64,000 nucleotides of DNA from an uncultured Erysipelotrichaceae bacterium (GCA_945877255.1 CAMCRE010000004.1:26484-90483); one strand, 5' to 3'; counted from the first letter of the stretch, positions 37,660 through 47,585 are shown. Translations and numbers: made by a program. Notes: generated from the letters alone by a model not told the origin.

Positions 37660-38499
37660 TTATGGTAATACTTCAAATACTGGAATTAAAGTATCTCCGT
37701 TTTTAGCTTTTACAATATCAATTACGTTTTGTTTTTGGTAAGCATTTTTAATTTTTTCTAAAATTGGATTACCTTTATCTTCAGTTCTAATTGCAACTAA
37801 GTTCCAATAGTTTTTTGCATCTTTATGATTTGGATCTTCTCTAAATAATGCTTTAGTTAAATCAATTCCAGCTCTTTTAGCGATACCATCATTAATTGCC
37901 GCAAATTCTACTTCATCTAATGCACGGGGTGTTTGTTGTGCTTGTACTTGAATAATTTCTAATTTTTTAGGGTTTTCAGTAATATCTGCTAATGTTGGTT
38001 TTAATCCAGCACTTTCTTTAACTTTTAATAATCCATTAGCTTGTAAAATTAATAATGCTCTTCCACCATTTGTTGCATCATTTGGAATAGCAACTTTTGC
38101 TCCTTCACTAATTTCATTTATTGAATTAATTTTTTTAGAATAGAATCCCATTGGTGCAATATAAGTGTAATTTAAAATATCTAATTTTAAATTGTGTTTA
38201 GCTTTAAAGTCTTCAAAATAAATTACGTGTTGGAAAGCATTTAAATCAATTGATTTATCAGCTAAAGCCAAGTTTGGTTGAACATAATCATCAAAAGTTA
38301 CTAATTCAACTTTGATTTTATCTTTTTCCAAGTTTTTATTTACAACTTCCCAGTTTTCGTGGTCTCCTGCAGTTACGCCTACTTTAACTACTGTATAACC
38401 ATCTACTAATTTTCCTAATGATGGTTTTTGTTCAGTTTTTGTAGCACATCCTGCTATCGTTAATGCACCTAGTGCAAGTATAGTTAATAGTTTTTTCAT
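37660..38499 (-). CDS. metQ: Methionine-binding lipoprotein
   Basis: Lipobox LTIAGC; NlpA/MetQ family length and pattern. Confidence 0.85.
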   Translation of the reverse strand: MKKLLTILALGALTIAGCATKTEQKPSLGKLVDGYTVVKVGVTAGDHENWEVVNKNLEKDKIKVELVTFDDYVQPNLALADKSIDLNAFQHVIYFEDFKAKHNLKLDILNYTYIAPMGFYSKKINSINEISEGAKVAIPNDATNGGRALLILQANGLLKVKESAGLKPTLADITENPKKLEIIQVQAQQTPRALDEVEFAAINDGIAKRAGIDLTKALFREDPNHKDAKNYWNLVAIRTEDKGNPILEKIKNAYQKQNVIDIVKAKNGDTLIPVFEVLP

Positions 38500-38527
38500 C
38501 TATGTATCCTCCCTTAAACTATTTTCC

Positions 38528-38795
38528 ATAAAATAAAAATATCGTCCCTTTACTAATAAAGGACGATTTAAATCGCGATACCACCTTTGTTTATAAATAA
38601 CTCACGTTATTTACCTCATCGACTACCAACATAGTCTAGCACTATAACGGGTGCACCCGTTATTTCCTACTATTACTTCAGAAATACAACTCAAAGACCA
38701 TATTCACTTATTCTTTATTATCTTGTTCCACCTAACCAAGACTCTCTATAAATTCCAAACAAGTTACTCTTCTTATCAACGTTATTTTTATTTTA
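38528..38795 (-). promoter_or_regulatory. T-box riboswitch leader, probable Met (AUG) specifier
   Basis: Stem I elements GATAAGAAGAGTA, AGAGAG, GGTGGAA. GAAU-AUG-G candidate specifier at 38701..38699. T-box AAAGGTGGTATCGCGA (38590..38572). Terminator ATCGTCCTTTA/TAAAGGGACGAT followed by ATTTTTATTTT. Confidence 0.8.
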
Positions 38796-38802
38796 TGATG
38801 GT

Positions 38803-38831
38803 ATGATACATCAACTTTTTTATTATGTCAA
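38803..38831 (-). promoter_or_regulatory. Promoter of the T-box-metQNI operon
   Basis: TTGACA (38831..38826), 17 nt spacer, TATCAT (38808..38803). Confidence 0.55.
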
Positions 38832-38880
38832 CTAATATTATCTCTAATTTTTTATTTTGCACTTTAACGTATATCATCAC

Positions 38881-38912
38881 AAAAAACAAAAACTACCACA
38901 AAGTGTAGTAGT
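38881..38912 (-). terminator. Intrinsic terminator after tRNA-Arg
   Basis: ACTACTACA-ctt-TGTGGTAGT followed by TTTTGTTTTTT. Confidence 0.7.
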
Positions 38913-38925
38913 TTGATATATATAA

Positions 38926-39002
38926 TGGCGTCCACGAAGGGATTCGAACCCCTGACCGTACGCTTAGAAGGCGTATGCTCTATCCAGCTGAGCTACGTGG
39001 AC
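38926..39002 (-). tRNA. tRNA-Arg (anticodon UCU), CCA encoded
   Basis: 77-nt cloverleaf. Acceptor GTCCACG/CGTGGAC, D stem GCTC/GAGC, anticodon stem TACGC/GCGTA, loop CT-TCT-AA, T-loop TTCGAAT, 3' GCCA. Confidence 0.9.
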
Positions 39003-39016
39003 ATAACCGTGAGAAT

Positions 39017-39046
39017 ATTATAGCACACATACTTAAGATAATGCAA
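39017..39046 (-). promoter_or_regulatory. Promoter of tRNA-Arg
   Basis: TTGCAT (39046..39041), 18 nt spacer, TGcTATAAT (-10 at 39022..39017). Confidence 0.55.
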
Positions 39047-39071
39047 GTGTTACATTCTATAATTATCACGT

Positions 39072-39107
39072 TTCAAATAAAAACCCATCAAACAACGATG
39101 GGCTTTT
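39072..39107 (-). terminator. Intrinsic terminator after the FMN reductase gene
   Basis: AAAAGCCCATC-gttgttt-GATGGGTTTTT followed by ATTT. Confidence 0.7.
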
Positions 39108-39109
39108 AT

Positions 39110-39700
39110 TTATACTTTGAATGAATTATTTTTAAATAACTGCGCGTAATAAGCTAATTCTTTTACAGAATTTGACAATTGTTGGTGCAAACTGTCTTGA
39201 TCAGGTAATAATTCTCCACTTGGTGTAAAACTACTTTGTAAAGTACGAATAGCTATTGGGTTAGGTAACACAAACGATCCTAATTTATATAACAAGACAG
39301 ATAAATCTCTACCGCCATCAAATCCACCTCCTGGATGTGGTGCGTAAGAAATTACACGTGTTGCTTTTTTACTTAATTGATGTGAAACATAATCTAGTGC
39401 ATTTCTCAATACTGCTGTAGTTGCCCAATTATACTCTGGCGTTAAAAAAATAACACCATCACTATCTTTTAATGTGTCTAACCAAATTTGCGCATTTCCT
39501 TCTAATTGTCTGTCTGGATTTGCAAGTGATGCAACTGCTTCATAAAAAAACGGTAAATTTAATTGTTTTAAATCCACAAATGATACAGAAATATTGTATT
39601 CTTTTTCCCAATTTTGTGCTTGATTTTTAAAATAGTTAAACACCCATTCACCCATTCTACCTTCTCTTGTACTTCCTAGTACGACTGTTAATTTTGTCAT
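39110..39700 (-). CDS. NAD(P)H-dependent FMN reductase family protein
   Basis: LTVVLGSTREGR N-terminal flavin-binding pattern; 196 aa. Confidence 0.75.
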   Translation of the reverse strand: MTKLTVVLGSTREGRMGEWVFNYFKNQAQNWEKEYNISVSFVDLKQLNLPFFYEAVASLANPDRQLEGNAQIWLDTLKDSDGVIFLTPEYNWATTAVLRNALDYVSHQLSKKATRVISYAPHPGGGFDGGRDLSVLLYKLGSFVLPNPIAIRTLQSSFTPSGELLPDQDSLHQQLSNSVKELAYYAQLFKNNSFKV

Positions 39701-39718
39701 ATTTATACCTCCTACTAT

Positions 39719-39747
39719 ATTATATACTTACTTTTAGTAAGTTTCAA
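39719..39747 (-). promoter_or_regulatory. Promoter of the FMN reductase gene, with a spacer palindrome
   Basis: TTGAAA, 17 nt spacer, TATAAT. The spacer contains ACTTAC-taaaa-GTAAGT. Confidence 0.5.
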
Positions 39748-39774
39748 GTATAATGAATAAGTAGTGCTTTTACA

Positions 39775-41211
39775 CTACTTAGACTTTTCTTTTAAAAATT
39801 TTAATGTTGGTCCATAATAATTTGGTTTGACTAATTTTCCATCCACCACAAATTGTTCTTCTCGATCTTTTAATTCATCAATTAAAATTTCACGATATTT
39901 TTTACTAATATCTGGATAATCATTAATCACGTTATTTAATTCTTTTGGATCATTTTCTAAATCAAACAACTGTTCATGACCTGTGAACACATAGTAAATA
40001 TATTTCCATTTTTCATCAACAATAAACTGATGTGATTCTTCATTAAAGAAATGTTCACCATGTAAATATTGATGAATTGGTTTTTCTTGAATATTTAAAA
40101 AACTTTTACCATCAATTCCTTCCACTGATTGACCTAATGCAATATCCACAAGTGTTGGAAAAATATCTCTTAATTCAACAACGTGTTTTATTTCACCTTT
40201 CAATTCAGCAACATTATTTACAACTAACGGTATTCTTATACTACCTTGATAAGGATATGCTTTACGAAGTAAATTATGTTCACCTAATTGATCACCATGA
40301 TCACTTAAAAACACAATAACTGTATCTTTCATTAATTGATGTTCTTCTAACGCCATCAAAAATCTCCCAATTTGATGATCAATATGTGTAATACAACCGT
40401 AGTATGCAGCAATCGTTCTTCGTAAATCACGCTCATTTAATTTACCTGCTTTTGCTACTGTACTATACGCATCAAAATCGAAATTTTTCTCTTTTATCCA
40501 ATTACCCACCGCTGGTAAATCCATGTTTTTTATTTCATCATAATACATATCGAAATAATATTTTGGTGGATTAAGTGGCGAATGTGGCCTCACAAACGAT
40601 AAATTCAATAAAAACGGTTGTGTCACATCTCGTGTTCGCAAGAAATCAATTCCCCTTGTTACAACCCAATTTGTGGGGTGATATTTTTCTTCATACATCC
40701 ACGGTCTTGCTACCCATGAATTACAATCTAATCCATCATCAATAATATCTAAATCATGACCTGCATGTAGTTTAAACCATTCTAAATAATCATCTGTATT
40801 AGTGTATTGTTGGTGGTGTGGATTAAGTACATTTCTAGCACTATGTAAATAGCCATCATGTAATTCAATGTGGTGGAAACCTAATAATTTACGGTGTGGA
40901 TGCACATGTAATTTTCCAATACATTTTGTGTAATATCCAGCTGCTGAAAATTCCTTAGCCAATGTAGTTGGGTAATCCCAGCTTAAAAATTCTTCATACC
41001 CCACACGTCCATGGTTTTCTTGTTTTAAACCACTCATAAACGCCGCACGAGAAGCAATGCAACTTGGCACAGCTGTATATGCGTTAGTGAAATATGCCCC
41101 CTCTTTTGCCAGCATATTAATATGTGGTGTTGAGATCATATCGTTTCCGTCATATCCAACACAATCACCACGCATTTGATCGACCATTAAAATCACAACA
41201 TTTTTTTTCAT
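39775..41211 (-). CDS. Cys-type sulfatase without signal peptide (cytoplasmic)
   Basis: MVDQMRGD metal site and formylglycine motif S-C-I-A-S-R-AAFMSG (CxAxR variant). There is no N-terminal hydrophobic signal. Confidence 0.85.
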   Translation of the reverse strand: MKKNVVILMVDQMRGDCVGYDGNDMISTPHINMLAKEGAYFTNAYTAVPSCIASRAAFMSGLKQENHGRVGYEEFLSWDYPTTLAKEFSAAGYYTKCIGKLHVHPHRKLLGFHHIELHDGYLHSARNVLNPHHQQYTNTDDYLEWFKLHAGHDLDIIDDGLDCNSWVARPWMYEEKYHPTNWVVTRGIDFLRTRDVTQPFLLNLSFVRPHSPLNPPKYYFDMYYDEIKNMDLPAVGNWIKEKNFDFDAYSTVAKAGKLNERDLRRTIAAYYGCITHIDHQIGRFLMALEEHQLMKDTVIVFLSDHGDQLGEHNLLRKAYPYQGSIRIPLVVNNVAELKGEIKHVVELRDIFPTLVDIALGQSVEGIDGKSFLNIQEKPIHQYLHGEHFFNEESHQFIVDEKWKYIYYVFTGHEQLFDLENDPKELNNVINDYPDISKKYREILIDELKDREEQFVVDGKLVKPNYYGPTLKFLKEKSK

Positions 41212-41378
41212 TTATATCTCCTGTTATACATGTATAATAAACCAAACAGTATTGCAACACCAATCAGCATCACAAATAGTCCTGTCCAGCCAGGAATAAT
41301 TCTACCATATACAACTAAAAATACGCCACTCAAAAATAGCAATGTGCATATTAAAGCTTTCAATTTATCTGATCTCAT
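41208..41378 (-). CDS. 56-aa two-TM protein, coupled on both sides by ATGA overlaps
   Basis: Hand translation MRSDKLKALICTLLFLSGVFLVVYGRIIPGWTGLFVMLIGVAILFGLLYMYNRRYK. Its ATG overlaps the phosphorylase TGA, and its TGA overlaps the sulfatase ATG. Confidence 0.55.
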   Translation of the reverse strand: MRSDKLKALICTLLFLSGVFLVVYGRIIPGWTGLFVMLIGVAILFGLLYMYNRRYK

Positions 41379-43534
41379 ATATTAAACCACTTAATTTCAC
41401 ATGGTGATAATGCTATTTCAAATGTATTACCATTTCCATCATATACAACTGTTTCTTGTTGTGAATTTGCGTTATTTACAACTGCATAAATACCTTTTTC
41501 TTCATATGCATGCACTTCACAATAAATATTTGTTGCAAAGTAACGATATAGTTTTTCTTCTTTTCCTGCCACAAAATAAAGTGCTCTTTGTAATATTCTC
41601 GCATTTTGTTCACTAAAAGGTGCACCTGAAATATAAACCGCACGTCCTTTGCCATATTGATGTGTAGCTAATTGAATTTCACCATTTTCAAAAGATAAAA
41701 TTTCCACATTTTCATTTAATGCATATACGTTTTGCTTACTTTCACCAAACGCCATTTCAGATACATTATCCGCAGTAATAAAGTGTTGATCACAAACTTT
41801 TGTAAAGTACTTATCTGTGCTTAAACTAAATCCTAATTCTTTTTCAACACCAAATACATCCGATAATTGGAAATATTTTCCACCTTTTAAATATGCACTT
41901 GGATCACCAACACCTATTAATCCATGTCCTTCATATACCCATTTTCTTAAAATTGCCACAATTTCTGGATCATCCCAATTTTTACCACCACTAAACGCTG
42001 TATCAGCATCACCAGCATTAATGATCACATCAATTGTTGGATCGATACCTTTTTTTACATCATCAAAATTAATAAATGCTACATCAACATTCATTCCACT
42101 TAATGATTCTAATATACCTAAATAAGAATAAATTTGTTTGTACCAAAGCGCATGTGCAACCATATGTGTTTGCCATGATCTAATTTTTCCCCAACTATTT
42201 AAAATCGCTACTTTTAAACCACAATAAGGTTTAGTTTGTGCAATTTTATCGTATATTTCTCTAAATTCTTCACAAACTTTTTCAATATAATCCATAAATT
42301 TCGGGAATTTGTAAGCTAACGATAAATAGCCCCCATATCCTATTCGATCTAATGGTTTTCGCATCAACGCACGTCTTGATGTACGCCAATTTTCGATTGC
42401 TTCATCAATTGCTTTTTGTTCATTGCCTTCAAAGAATGTATCAGGGAAGAAATATGGTAAATATCTTCCTTCGGTATACTTAACATGTGGAATTTCTGAA
42501 ATTAGACGTAACGTTGCTCCACCACCAACTGATCCTACAACAGCATCTAATCCAATATTTTCAAAGTAATCACCATAAGGTTCTGTTCCTATCCAGTTAT
42601 CACCTAAAAACATCATTGCTTCTTTACCACTTGCGTGTACTAAGTCAACTAATTGTTTTGCAAATTCAGCCACAAAACGTTGTTGATAATCTATGAATTT
42701 TTTATAGTTTTCACTTGGTACTCTAAACGTTGAATTATAGAACCCTTCATCTACGAAATCTTCCGCAACTAAACGTATTCCTGTTTCTTTTTCAAATCCT
42801 GCAATTAATTCAGTAGATACACCTGCTCCATATCCAAACCAATCCACAAATTTTTCTTTTCCTAAGTTGTTGAAAACTAATGTAAAATGGTAGAAAAACG
42901 TTGTAAAACGAACAACATCAGTGTGTGGATTTTCTTTTAACCAATTTTCTAAATATTTATACGCAAATTCACGTGATTTTGGTTTTCTAACATCAAATGG
43001 AATTTCATGTGGTTTATCTTTCCAATCATTTGTAATATGATTATACATTTGTGTTGCATCCCAAATCATATACGCTAAAAAATTTACCGTATATTCATGG
43101 TAGGGAGTACAATTACTAATCAACACTTTATTGTTGACTTTATCAATTTCCCAATGTTCTATTACTTCATTTGTTGTTCGATTATGCACTTGCCAATATT
43201 TTTTTACATCGTGGTCATAATCTGGCTTAATTTGTTGGTCAAAATATCCATTCATGAAAGAAATTTCACAATAATTACTTGTTGCTACAACACGTTCACT
43301 CATTAAGAATATTTGAATACATTCTTCCATATTTTGTTCAATAAAGTCATTATGTCCTCGAGACACAAAATATGTTGTATAAATTTTTGCATCTAATTGT
43401 TTTAATTCATCACTTAACTTTGTTCCATCGCTATCACGAATCGCATCTGCTTTTAATCTTCCTAGTACTTCCTTAGTTTCTTCAAAAAAGTTTGTTTCAC
43501 TAGGTAATGTTACTCTTCCGTATCGTTTACTCAT
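41375..43534 (-). CDS. 1,3-beta-galactosyl-N-acetylhexosamine phosphorylase (GH112, GNB/LNB phosphorylase)
   Basis: 719 aa. The N-terminus GRVTLPSETNFFEETKEV...ADAIRDSDGTKLSDEL resembles the remembered bifidobacterial LnpA start. Confidence 0.75.
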   Translation of the reverse strand: MSKRYGRVTLPSETNFFEETKEVLGRLKADAIRDSDGTKLSDELKQLDAKIYTTYFVSRGHNDFIEQNMEECIQIFLMSERVVATSNYCEISFMNGYFDQQIKPDYDHDVKKYWQVHNRTTNEVIEHWEIDKVNNKVLISNCTPYHEYTVNFLAYMIWDATQMYNHITNDWKDKPHEIPFDVRKPKSREFAYKYLENWLKENPHTDVVRFTTFFYHFTLVFNNLGKEKFVDWFGYGAGVSTELIAGFEKETGIRLVAEDFVDEGFYNSTFRVPSENYKKFIDYQQRFVAEFAKQLVDLVHASGKEAMMFLGDNWIGTEPYGDYFENIGLDAVVGSVGGGATLRLISEIPHVKYTEGRYLPYFFPDTFFEGNEQKAIDEAIENWRTSRRALMRKPLDRIGYGGYLSLAYKFPKFMDYIEKVCEEFREIYDKIAQTKPYCGLKVAILNSWGKIRSWQTHMVAHALWYKQIYSYLGILESLSGMNVDVAFINFDDVKKGIDPTIDVIINAGDADTAFSGGKNWDDPEIVAILRKWVYEGHGLIGVGDPSAYLKGGKYFQLSDVFGVEKELGFSLSTDKYFTKVCDQHFITADNVSEMAFGESKQNVYALNENVEILSFENGEIQLATHQYGKGRAVYISGAPFSEQNARILQRALYFVAGKEEKLYRYFATNIYCEVHAYEEKGIYAVVNNANSQQETVVYDGNGNTFEIALSPCEIKWFNI

Positions 43535-43535
43535 T

Positions 43536-44414
43536 TTAATCTTTTAAACCTCCTAATGTCATACCTTCTGTTATTTTTTTCTGCACCAACATATACATGA
43601 TAATTGTTGGTAACATCACTAATACTAATCCAGCATAAACTTTACCATAATCAGTTAATGTTCGCTCTGCTCCTTTTAAAAATGTTAATCCGACTGGCAA
43701 TGTACGTTTTTCGTCATCAGTTAATAACGTAAATGCCATAATATATTCATTCCAATACGATAAAAAATTAAATAACGTAATTGTAATAATACTTGGTTTA
43801 GCCATTGGTATCATAATTTTTGTGAATATTTCAAAATGCCCATACCCATCTATTGATGCTGCTTCATAATAAGCATTTGGTATTGTTTTAAAATAGTTCA
43901 TTAATAAATATGTTGTAAATGGAAGCGAACATGAAGCATATATTAATGCTAAAGCAATATGATTATTAATAAAGAAATTCGCTTCATTATTAAATAATTT
44001 ACGTAAAAATTCTTGCCAATCATTAACTTGTATCAACATTGGAATAACGATATAACTAATATTAACAAATAATCCTGCCATTAATAATGCTTGAATAACT
44101 TTTTTTCCAAAAAACTCATAACGTGCTAATACGTATGCCGCTGGTAGTGCTAATGTTAATGAAAATATAATCGCTAGTGAAGTTACGAAAACAGAGTTGA
44201 ACATATACGTTCCCATTTGTCCTTCAACCCAAGCATTAATATAATTTTTAAAATACCATGTTTGTGGTAATGCCCAAGTAGACGCACCACTAAATTCATG
44301 CACTTGTTTAAAACTTGCAATAGTTAGCCAAATTAAAGGTACAACAATTGTAACCGCAAATATAATTAATATTGCATATAATATTACACGATAAAATTTA
44401 TTTTTTTTCTCCAT
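43536..44414 (-). CDS. Carbohydrate ABC transporter permease (MalG-like)
   Basis: 6-TM permease with EAA-like loop EAASIDGYGHFEIFTKIMIPMAKP. Confidence 0.85.
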   Translation of the reverse strand: MEKKNKFYRVILYAILIIFAVTIVVPLIWLTIASFKQVHEFSGASTWALPQTWYFKNYINAWVEGQMGTYMFNSVFVTSLAIIFSLTLALPAAYVLARYEFFGKKVIQALLMAGLFVNISYIVIPMLIQVNDWQEFLRKLFNNEANFFINNHIALALIYASCSLPFTTYLLMNYFKTIPNAYYEAASIDGYGHFEIFTKIMIPMAKPSIITITLFNFLSYWNEYIMAFTLLTDDEKRTLPVGLTFLKGAERTLTDYGKVYAGLVLVMLPTIIMYMLVQKKITEGMTLGGLKD

Positions 44415-44423
44415 AATCCACCT

Positions 44424-45341
44424 CTAAAACTCATACGTTTCACGCTTCGTAATAGCATTCATCACAACTGATACACCGAATGAAAACATAAACGTTATTA
44501 CACCGATTGCCATCGCATATCCTTGTACACTTTGTTGTTTTGCCATCTCAAATAATATAACTGATGCTTCGTTATCTGAGCGACTACCTGCCATAACTGT
44601 TACTAACACGAAACTTAAGTTAATTGTACTTACAACGAAAAACGTTAGTGTTGTTCTAATTGTACCCCATAATAATGGTAATGTGATATGGAAAAATTCA
44701 TATATTTTCCCTGCACCTTCTAAAGCACTAGCTTCATATAAATGTTCTGGAATTGTGGATAAAGAAGCCATGTACATAACCATATAGTAACCAACCGCTT
44801 GCCACACCATCGCTCCTGCTAATGAATATAATACAATCGTATTACTTCCAGTCCCTAACCAATCTACAGGTTTCATACCAAAAAAGCCAATTACCGCATT
44901 TAATAATCCAAATTCTTTTTCATAAATTGCTTGAAAAATTCCCGCAATAACGACTATTGATAAAATATTCGGAATATAGAAAATAATTCTAAATAAATTT
45001 TTGAATTTTAAATTTTCACGAACTAATATACTTGCCATTAAAATTGCTATAAATAAAGTGATAATCCCCACAATTACTACTAAAAATAAAGTGTTTTTTA
45101 AAGAAGTAGCAATTTTTAATGGAATTTCTGGTATAATTGTTCCATCAATTTTACCAGTGAATAACGTAATAAAGTTATTTAACCCCACAAATTTTGTTTG
45201 TGCGGCGTCATATTTGTTTACTTCAAATAAAGACATTAAAAAAATACGAACAGTCGGTAAAATCATAAATGCAAAAAAACATATTACCGCTGGTGCTAAA
45301 GCAAAAAACACGAATAAATTTTGCTGTTTTTTTCTTCCCAT
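44424..45341 (-). CDS. Carbohydrate ABC transporter permease (MalF-like)
   Basis: EAA-like loop EASALEGAGKIYEFFHITLPLL. Confidence 0.85.
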   Translation of the reverse strand: MGRKKQQNLFVFFALAPAVICFFAFMILPTVRIFLMSLFEVNKYDAAQTKFVGLNNFITLFTGKIDGTIIPEIPLKIATSLKNTLFLVVIVGIITLFIAILMASILVRENLKFKNLFRIIFYIPNILSIVVIAGIFQAIYEKEFGLLNAVIGFFGMKPVDWLGTGSNTIVLYSLAGAMVWQAVGYYMVMYMASLSTIPEHLYEASALEGAGKIYEFFHITLPLLWGTIRTTLTFFVVSTINLSFVLVTVMAGSRSDNEASVILFEMAKQQSVQGYAMAIGVITFMFSFGVSVVMNAITKRETYEF

Positions 45342-45395
45342 AAACTCCTCCTAAAAAAAGGTGGCAAATTTTTACTTTGCCAACCTGTTACTTTA

Positions 45396-46691
45396 TTATT
45401 TGTTGATATTAGCGTTTAATACGTCGTTTGCTTTACCTACGTTTTCAATCCATTTTTCAGCTGTAAGTGTTCCATTAATTACGTTATTTAAGTTTTTGTA
45501 TAACGCTTCTTTAAAGTTTACACCTGCAACTTCTTTAGTAGACACAAACGTTGTATTTAATACTTCATATCCATTTTTCGCTAAGTCATCTAATTCTGGT
45601 ACACCAGCTACAGGCATTAATGCACCATTTCCTTTTTCACGAATAACTTTAACGTTTTCAGCTGAGTACATAGAAGCAATGAATTTTTTAGCTAAATCTT
45701 TGTTTTTAGCTTCTTTCATCACAAACACTGTTTCTTCAAAGCTACCCATGAATTTACCTGCGTTTGTAATTCCTGGTAACGCTGTAAATCCATATCCTTC
45801 AAATTTTTCATTTCCAGCTTTATATGAACGCATTTCTTGAATTACCCAAGTACCATTTGGCATAAATAACGCTTTACCATCAATAAATGCTTGTTGGTTT
45901 TTTAAGTACCCGCCTTCAGAAGTAGCGTTAGCTACTGTTTCTGGATAAATAACATCTTTTAACTTCGCAAATGTTGTTAAAACATCTTTCATTTCTTGTT
46001 TTGCATATAAACCTTTTTCATAGTTTGTGAATGCTTTATGTAAATCAGCAGATTTATCATAAATTGCTGCTGGAACTGCGGCATCTAAATATCCTGGTGT
46101 TGGGTATGTAAATAATGAAATTCCTTTTGCATCAGCTTTTACTTTTTGTGCAAATAAGTCATTCCATGTTTTTGGAATTGAGAATTCTTTACCTTCACCA
46201 ACTAAATTTTTATTATATACTAACCCCAATGTTCCTGGGAATACTGGTGCATAGAATTTAGATTTATTATCTTTATATGGTGTTAATGAAGCTGAGTTAA
46301 GGTAAGTTGGTAAAATAATATCTTTTAATGCTTTACCATCAACTTTTTCTTCAAATAATGAATCTAAGTTTTCTAATGCGTTTGCCCCTTCAATCGACTC
46401 AACAACTTTTTTATCTCTTCCTTTGTTTAAGTATACAACATCAGGGAATTTTTTAGTTGCAATTGCATTTTCTAACTCTGTTTCAATTTCTTTTGAAACT
46501 TTCAATTCAACTTTAACACCTGGATTAGCTTTTTCAAAGCTCGCTTTTAACGCCTCCCAGTGATCTTTTCCATATGCACTTTCAAAAGCATACACTACTA
46601 AAGATTTACTTTCAGTTTTTTTAGCAGTTCCTGAACATGCAGTTAATAACACTGCTCCTGCACAAACTGAAGCTATAATTTTTTTGTTCAT
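45396..46691 (-). CDS. Sugar ABC transporter solute-binding lipoprotein
   Basis: Lipobox LLTACSG; 431-aa family-1 SBP architecture; first gene of the cluster. Confidence 0.8.
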   Translation of the reverse strand: MNKKIIASVCAGAVLLTACSGTAKKTESKSLVVYAFESAYGKDHWEALKASFEKANPGVKVELKVSKEIETELENAIATKKFPDVVYLNKGRDKKVVESIEGANALENLDSLFEEKVDGKALKDIILPTYLNSASLTPYKDNKSKFYAPVFPGTLGLVYNKNLVGEGKEFSIPKTWNDLFAQKVKADAKGISLFTYPTPGYLDAAVPAAIYDKSADLHKAFTNYEKGLYAKQEMKDVLTTFAKLKDVIYPETVANATSEGGYLKNQQAFIDGKALFMPNGTWVIQEMRSYKAGNEKFEGYGFTALPGITNAGKFMGSFEETVFVMKEAKNKDLAKKFIASMYSAENVKVIREKGNGALMPVAGVPELDDLAKNGYEVLNTTFVSTKEVAGVNFKEALYKNLNNVINGTLTAEKWIENVGKANDVLNANINK

Positions 46692-46718
46692 GTCATTCTC
46701 CTTTCATTTGACACCAAT

Positions 46719-46747
46719 ATTTTAGCATAATTTTTTTGCTTTGTAAA
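46719..46747 (-). promoter_or_regulatory. Promoter of the GNB/LNB cluster
   Basis: TTTACA (46747..46742), 17 nt spacer, TAAAAT (46724..46719). A second TTTACAAA copy lies just upstream. Confidence 0.45.
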
Positions 46748-46825
46748 CCCTTTATTTTGTAAAAATGAATAAATTTTTTATAATTTGTAGCATATTATAT
46801 TGAAAATATAATTAATATTAATTTG

Positions 46826-47584
46826 TTATTTAATTAATTCAAATAATGATTTAACAATTTGTGTTGGATAAACACCTAATGCATTACAATCTGCTACTGT
46901 ATGCACACCGGTCGTTACCATTATTGTTTCAATGCCATGACGATATCCTAAATCAATGTCAGTTTCTAAGTTATCGCCGAGTAATACAACGTCTTCTTTA
47001 GATAATTTTTTGAAAGACAACACCTCGTTTAAAATTGGATCATATGGTTTTCCAGCAATAAATGCTTCTTGTTGTGAAGCATATTCTAACATTGCAACTA
47101 CTGCGCCATTTCCAATTTTAAACGTACTACCAGAAGGTAATTTGCGATCTTTATTCGTTCCGATTAATTTTGCACCATTTACTAAATGAAATAATGCACG
47201 AGAATACAATTGATAGTCCCCTTGTGTATTCAACCCCACAAACACAAAATCAACATTCTCATCAACGATCTTAAAACCTTCTTCTATTAATGCTTCTTTT
47301 AAACCATCTTGTCCAACCACAAAGGCATTGCGTTTAGAATAGTTTTTTGCAATATATTTAGCTGCCGCCATACTAGATGTAAAAAAATCTTCTTCTTTAA
47401 TATTTTTAAATCCTAATTTTTCCATATGTTGTTTGTTTTGCAACTTAGTACGTGTTGCATTATTCGTTAAAAAAATATATGGAATATTATTTTTCTGTAA
47501 ATAATTAATGAAATCAATTGCTCCTGGGATGTTCTCATTTCCAGAATACATTGTTCCATCTAAATCAATTAAATATGTTTTCAT
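46826..47584 (-). CDS. HAD-IIA family sugar-phosphate phosphatase (NagD/YutF-like)
   Basis: DLDGTMY nucleophile motif, LTNN, GDNLETDI. Confidence 0.8.
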   Translation of the reverse strand: MKTYLIDLDGTMYSGNENIPGAIDFINYLQKNNIPYIFLTNNATRTKLQNKQHMEKLGFKNIKEEDFFTSSMAAAKYIAKNYSKRNAFVVGQDGLKEALIEEGFKIVDENVDFVFVGLNTQGDYQLYSRALFHLVNGAKLIGTNKDRKLPSGSTFKIGNGAVVAMLEYASQQEAFIAGKPYDPILNEVLSFKKLSKEDVVLLGDNLETDIDLGYRHGIETIMVTTGVHTVADCNALGVYPTQIVKSLFELIK

Positions 47585-47585
47585 A

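Noticed and set aside
38528-38795. SAM-I (S-box) riboswitch upstream of metQNI.
   Set aside because: The leader has T-box hallmarks instead (AGAGAG/GGTGGAA distal elements and AAAGGTGGTATCGCGA). I could not find the S-box consensus.
46735-46765. Catabolite-responsive element (cre) near the GNB/LNB promoter (TGTAAACCCTTTAT).
   Set aside because: It does not match the TGWAANCGNTNWCA consensus in its 3' half. It is better explained as the -35 region plus a TTTACAAA direct repeat.
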